A stretch of 64,000 bases of DNA from Setoptus koraiensis (lineage: Eukaryota > Animalia > Arthropoda), in contig CM106586.1 in assembly GCA_048013815.1 (NCBI GenBank), positions 15,562,001 through 15,626,000 on the forward strand. The letters run 5' to 3'. Below the pieces are notes generated by a model. That model ran no database searches, was not told the DNA's origin, and saw only the letters and a program-made list of their open reading frames with translations. Shown one piece after another: positions 61,165 through 64,000 of this stretch; position 1 is the stretch's first letter, and each line of letters starts with the position of its first letter. Position numbers and translations under genes: made by a program.

Positions 61165-61909
61165 CTGCTGTTTATCAGGGGATAATAATAATAACTATAA
61201 CAACAAAATAATAATAATGTGTGTCAATATTATCATCAGTCAGGAGGACTACAAATTACATGATGATCATTGACGATATCAATATCAATTGTTGAAACCG
61301 AATCAGTTGACAGTGGCCCGCGCACTGTTTGACCGTCGTTGGTTTCTTTGCTCTGTATAAAAATGAAAATTATGAGCTTCACAGTAGAGAAACTAACCAC
61401 AATGTGTCACAATGTTGTCAATATGGATTATATTGCACACATGGGGCAAGTTTGACGTGAAACGATGCGAAATCACGATCAAGTTTACTCACTCTTACCA
61501 CCGTTTTCTGACGCCAAGTTGGCCATTATTCAGAGCGTGAAACTGGCCGCCGAACCGCATTGTTGCCCGTAGCTCGCCTGTCGCCTATCTCTGATAAACA
61601 GGTGGAAAGTGAGAATGCACATCAGAGAATCAGTCAGTTCAGCATGGAGCCACAATCAAAGTGTCACCTCTCTGCAAAATGGTGTGTGTACTTTGGTGTG
61701 CAAACTTTCGCTAGACCGTCTGGCTGGATGGGCGCTCATCGCCGGCAACCTGTTGGCCATGCTGCTGTTGGCTCAACAAGTGCGACATGTCAGCGGCGAC
61801 AGTGCAGTTGACATTTGTGGCGCTCATTGTGTGGCGAGGCGCTTGGCCGGCATGCGGCAGCATGCTGAGTGTGACAGTCACTTTGGAGCCTCCAATTGGC
61901 GATGAACTC

Positions 61910-61973
61910 GCCATCGGGCCATCGGGCCATCGGGCCATCGGGCCGTCGGACCGTCGCGCCGTCGCGCCGTCGG
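61910..61973 (+). repeat. 8-bp tandem repeat, 8 copies
   Basis: (GCCATCGG)x4 grading into GCCGTCGG/ACCGTCGC/GCCGTCGC/GCCGTCGG. Confidence 0.92.
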
Positions 61974-62840
61974 GCGACAACAGTGAAAGTAACGCCAGCG
62001 ATGACACTCGGTGACACAACACAAACAGCGGCACGCAAGCATCTTTCGTCATCGGTTTAGTTTCAGCATCATTTCTTGTAACATTGTTGTGTAACAATGT
62101 CTGCTCGCCCGTCGCATCACAATCGGCGCCTGTCAGTGGTGGCCGTAGACCCCACGGCATAGAGTTGCGATTGTGGAGAAGAGTCGCCGCGGGGTGGGCG
62201 CGCAGATGAAGAGATGTCACCAAGAAAAGGTGTTATGTAACAATATTGTGAGTTATGCAACAATGTCGCATGTTGCCCAATGTCCGACAAGTTGGAGAGA
62301 ACAGACGAGAGTCGACAGTCGGCGCGATCTCGCAGAGCCAACATGCCGCTGTCCGAACATGACTGTTTGACAGCGGCTCACTAATGCTGTCATCGTTACG
62401 AGCAGATAGTGTTACATAATGCGACATTGTGTCGCCGTGATGTGTGTAACGACCATTGTTGGCCGCTCAACAGAGACACAAGCGACAAGTGTATCAATGA
62501 ACTCTGTCCCATTGTGCGCCATCGGTCTGCATCACACTGTCGGCTATTCTGGGCTATTCTGCACTGGCCGCAAGACGCAGCCCAACGGCGGGCCCATTGT
62601 GGTCACTTTCTCCATTTTTGCCATTTGTAAACAAACAATTTGTAGACAAACAATTTGTGATAGACAATTTGTGATAGACGAACAAATTGTGGACTAACAA
62701 ATTGGCAGCACATTTAGCATACATGGCGTGCCAATTTACAGTTGCCTTGCTCATCTGGGCTGCGCTAACTGTAAATTGTCGCAAATTGTGTAACTACTAG
62801 TGGCCATACTGCACGACACCACAGACACCCTAGCGCTTGA

Positions 62841-62887
62841 CCGCTATAAATAGCGGCCCGGGGCAACCATGGCCGGCTCATTTGCAT
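62841..62887 (+). promoter_or_regulatory. Candidate core promoter: TATA box, Inr-like TCATTT, octamer ATTTGCAT
   Basis: TATAAA at 62845; TCATTT at 62878; ATTTGCAT at 62880..62887; ATG of the next gene at 63182. Confidence 0.55.
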
Positions 62888-63181
62888 CGTCCGAGTCGCA
62901 TAGGTCGCTCATGAAAGCGCACAAGTCAAGCCAGCAAGCAGATACAGCCAACCAGCAAGCCAGCCAACGTCCAGACCGAATATTCAGATAATCCGATCAG
63001 ATAAACCAGATATAACACAACACATTTTGCACATTTGCACAACAACACACACGTAATACAGCACCAAGAGCATCGTGGAGTACAGCAGTGATACACGGTG
63101 CTTCACTGGGTACCACTGAGTTATATCACAGTTAGCTAGCAATATAACAGAGCCACGTATCATATCATATATCACACCAAA

Positions 63182-64000
63182 ATGGCCAAACTGAGCGTAC
63201 CTGTCACATTGGTGCTATCGTCGGGCGCCTGTCTGGCCGTCTGTTGTCTCATACTGATCGCAAATACCCACTCAATTCAAGCGAGCACCTCTGACTCGCC
63301 CCTGGCTGCCGTCGTTTCCGTGCCCATGGATGAGGCCGAGACGGTGGCCGTCACACAACAATTGTTTGCCAATAACGGATCGTCACAGCAACACGAAAAA
63401 GAGGCAGAAAAGAAGCCCCAAACAACGACAACAACCAACTCAACCGAACAGCACTCAAACCAATCACAACCACCGACACAACAGAGAAACACAATTAGAC
63501 ACAGACAACGCGGCAGCAGACAATATTCGCCCAGCTCGCTAGACTCATACGCAAACGCATATCAGGCCGTTTCCGGTGCCGGCTCAGCAGCCAGCCAGTA
63601 CTCAGGCGACGCTGATTATGCGCCTATAACCAGCTCCAAATTATCGTCGTCGGCCAACTATCACCCGTCCTATTATGACAGGCCGTCTCTGTCCGCTCTC
63701 GACAGTGTTGGCCCGTCATCTGGTGCAACCCAACAGCAACTGTCATCCAGTGGCAGAGCCTCTGATTACATAACCCAACAGCAGCAGCAGCAATACAGCA
63801 ACGCTGGTCACTTCAATGGAGATCAATTGAGTCAAACAGATTATTCTGACGGGCCCAGCTCGTCTGCAATGTATTCAGCGGGGCACAGTGGCGCCTCTAG
63901 CGGACCAGTTCATGGCAACAGCAACAGCCCGGCATCTGGTAGTGTGTCGTCCCACCAGGCGGCCCACTCATTGAACAGTCCAAGCCACCAAGCGATGTAT
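63182..64000 (+). CDS. Secreted low-complexity (S/Q/A/Y-rich) protein, 5' part, open to the window end
   Basis: 273 codons without a stop from ATG 63182; signal peptide MAKLSVPVTLVLSSGACLAVCCLILIA; RQRGSR furin-like site. Missing from the ORF track because it has no stop inside the window. Confidence 0.82.
   Translation, partial: MAKLSVPVTLVLSSGACLAVCCLILIANTHSIQASTSDSPLAAVVSVPMDEAETVAVTQQLFANNGSSQQHEKEAEKKPQTTTTTNSTEQHSNQSQPPTQQRNTIRHRQRGSRQYSPSSLDSYANAYQAVSGAGSAASQYSGDADYAPITSSKLSSSANYHPSYYDRPSLSALDSVGPSSGATQQQLSSSGRASDYITQQQQQQYSNAGHFNGDQLSQTDYSDGPSSSAMYSAGHSGASSGPVHGNSNSPASGSVSSHQAAHSLNSPSHQAMY

Noticed and set aside
62360-62380. miR-210-like sequence (TGACAGCGGCT)
   Set aside because: It matches only the 3' half; the seed region does not match and no hairpin is evident.

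Overview
This is a eukaryotic, very gene-dense animal window with GT-AG introns, mostly about 75-150 bp, and many intronless or near-intronless genes. Gene content (neurogenin/tap, SLIMP, CUB-domain protein, mbt-type PAK) and architecture point to an arthropod, most plausibly a miniaturised acariform (eriophyoid-like) mite; the taxon is inference. About 20 genes are supported: neurogenin-like bHLH, two divergently transcribed orphan secreted paralogs, NOP58, a minimal CNOT2, SNX25-like, SBDS, an SLC17 transporter, an EH-less Eps15, COX4 (plus two extra copies), PICALM/AP180, a small secreted peptide, SLIMP, a CUB protein, a stand-alone clathrin terminal domain, group II PAK, PIGA, HCCS, a Ca-channel alpha2delta subunit, MFSD6-like, EAF, and a secreted protein running off the end. 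I saw no rRNA, canonical tRNA, CRISPR or transposase. The most striking observations are: (1) the intact COX4 carries a GAPDH-derived N-terminus (KIGIKGFGRIGRL) where its mitochondrial presequence should be, inside a duplicated SBDS-COX4 block that shows reciprocal gene loss; (2) a free-standing clathrin beta-propeller gene lies within 16 kb of a truncated Eps15 and of PICALM; (3) a head-to-head pair of diverged secreted orphan proteins (candidate effector family); (4) SLIMP is fused to a membrane-anchored C-terminal module through an MPP-like linker. All homology calls come from recalled motifs; no searches were run.
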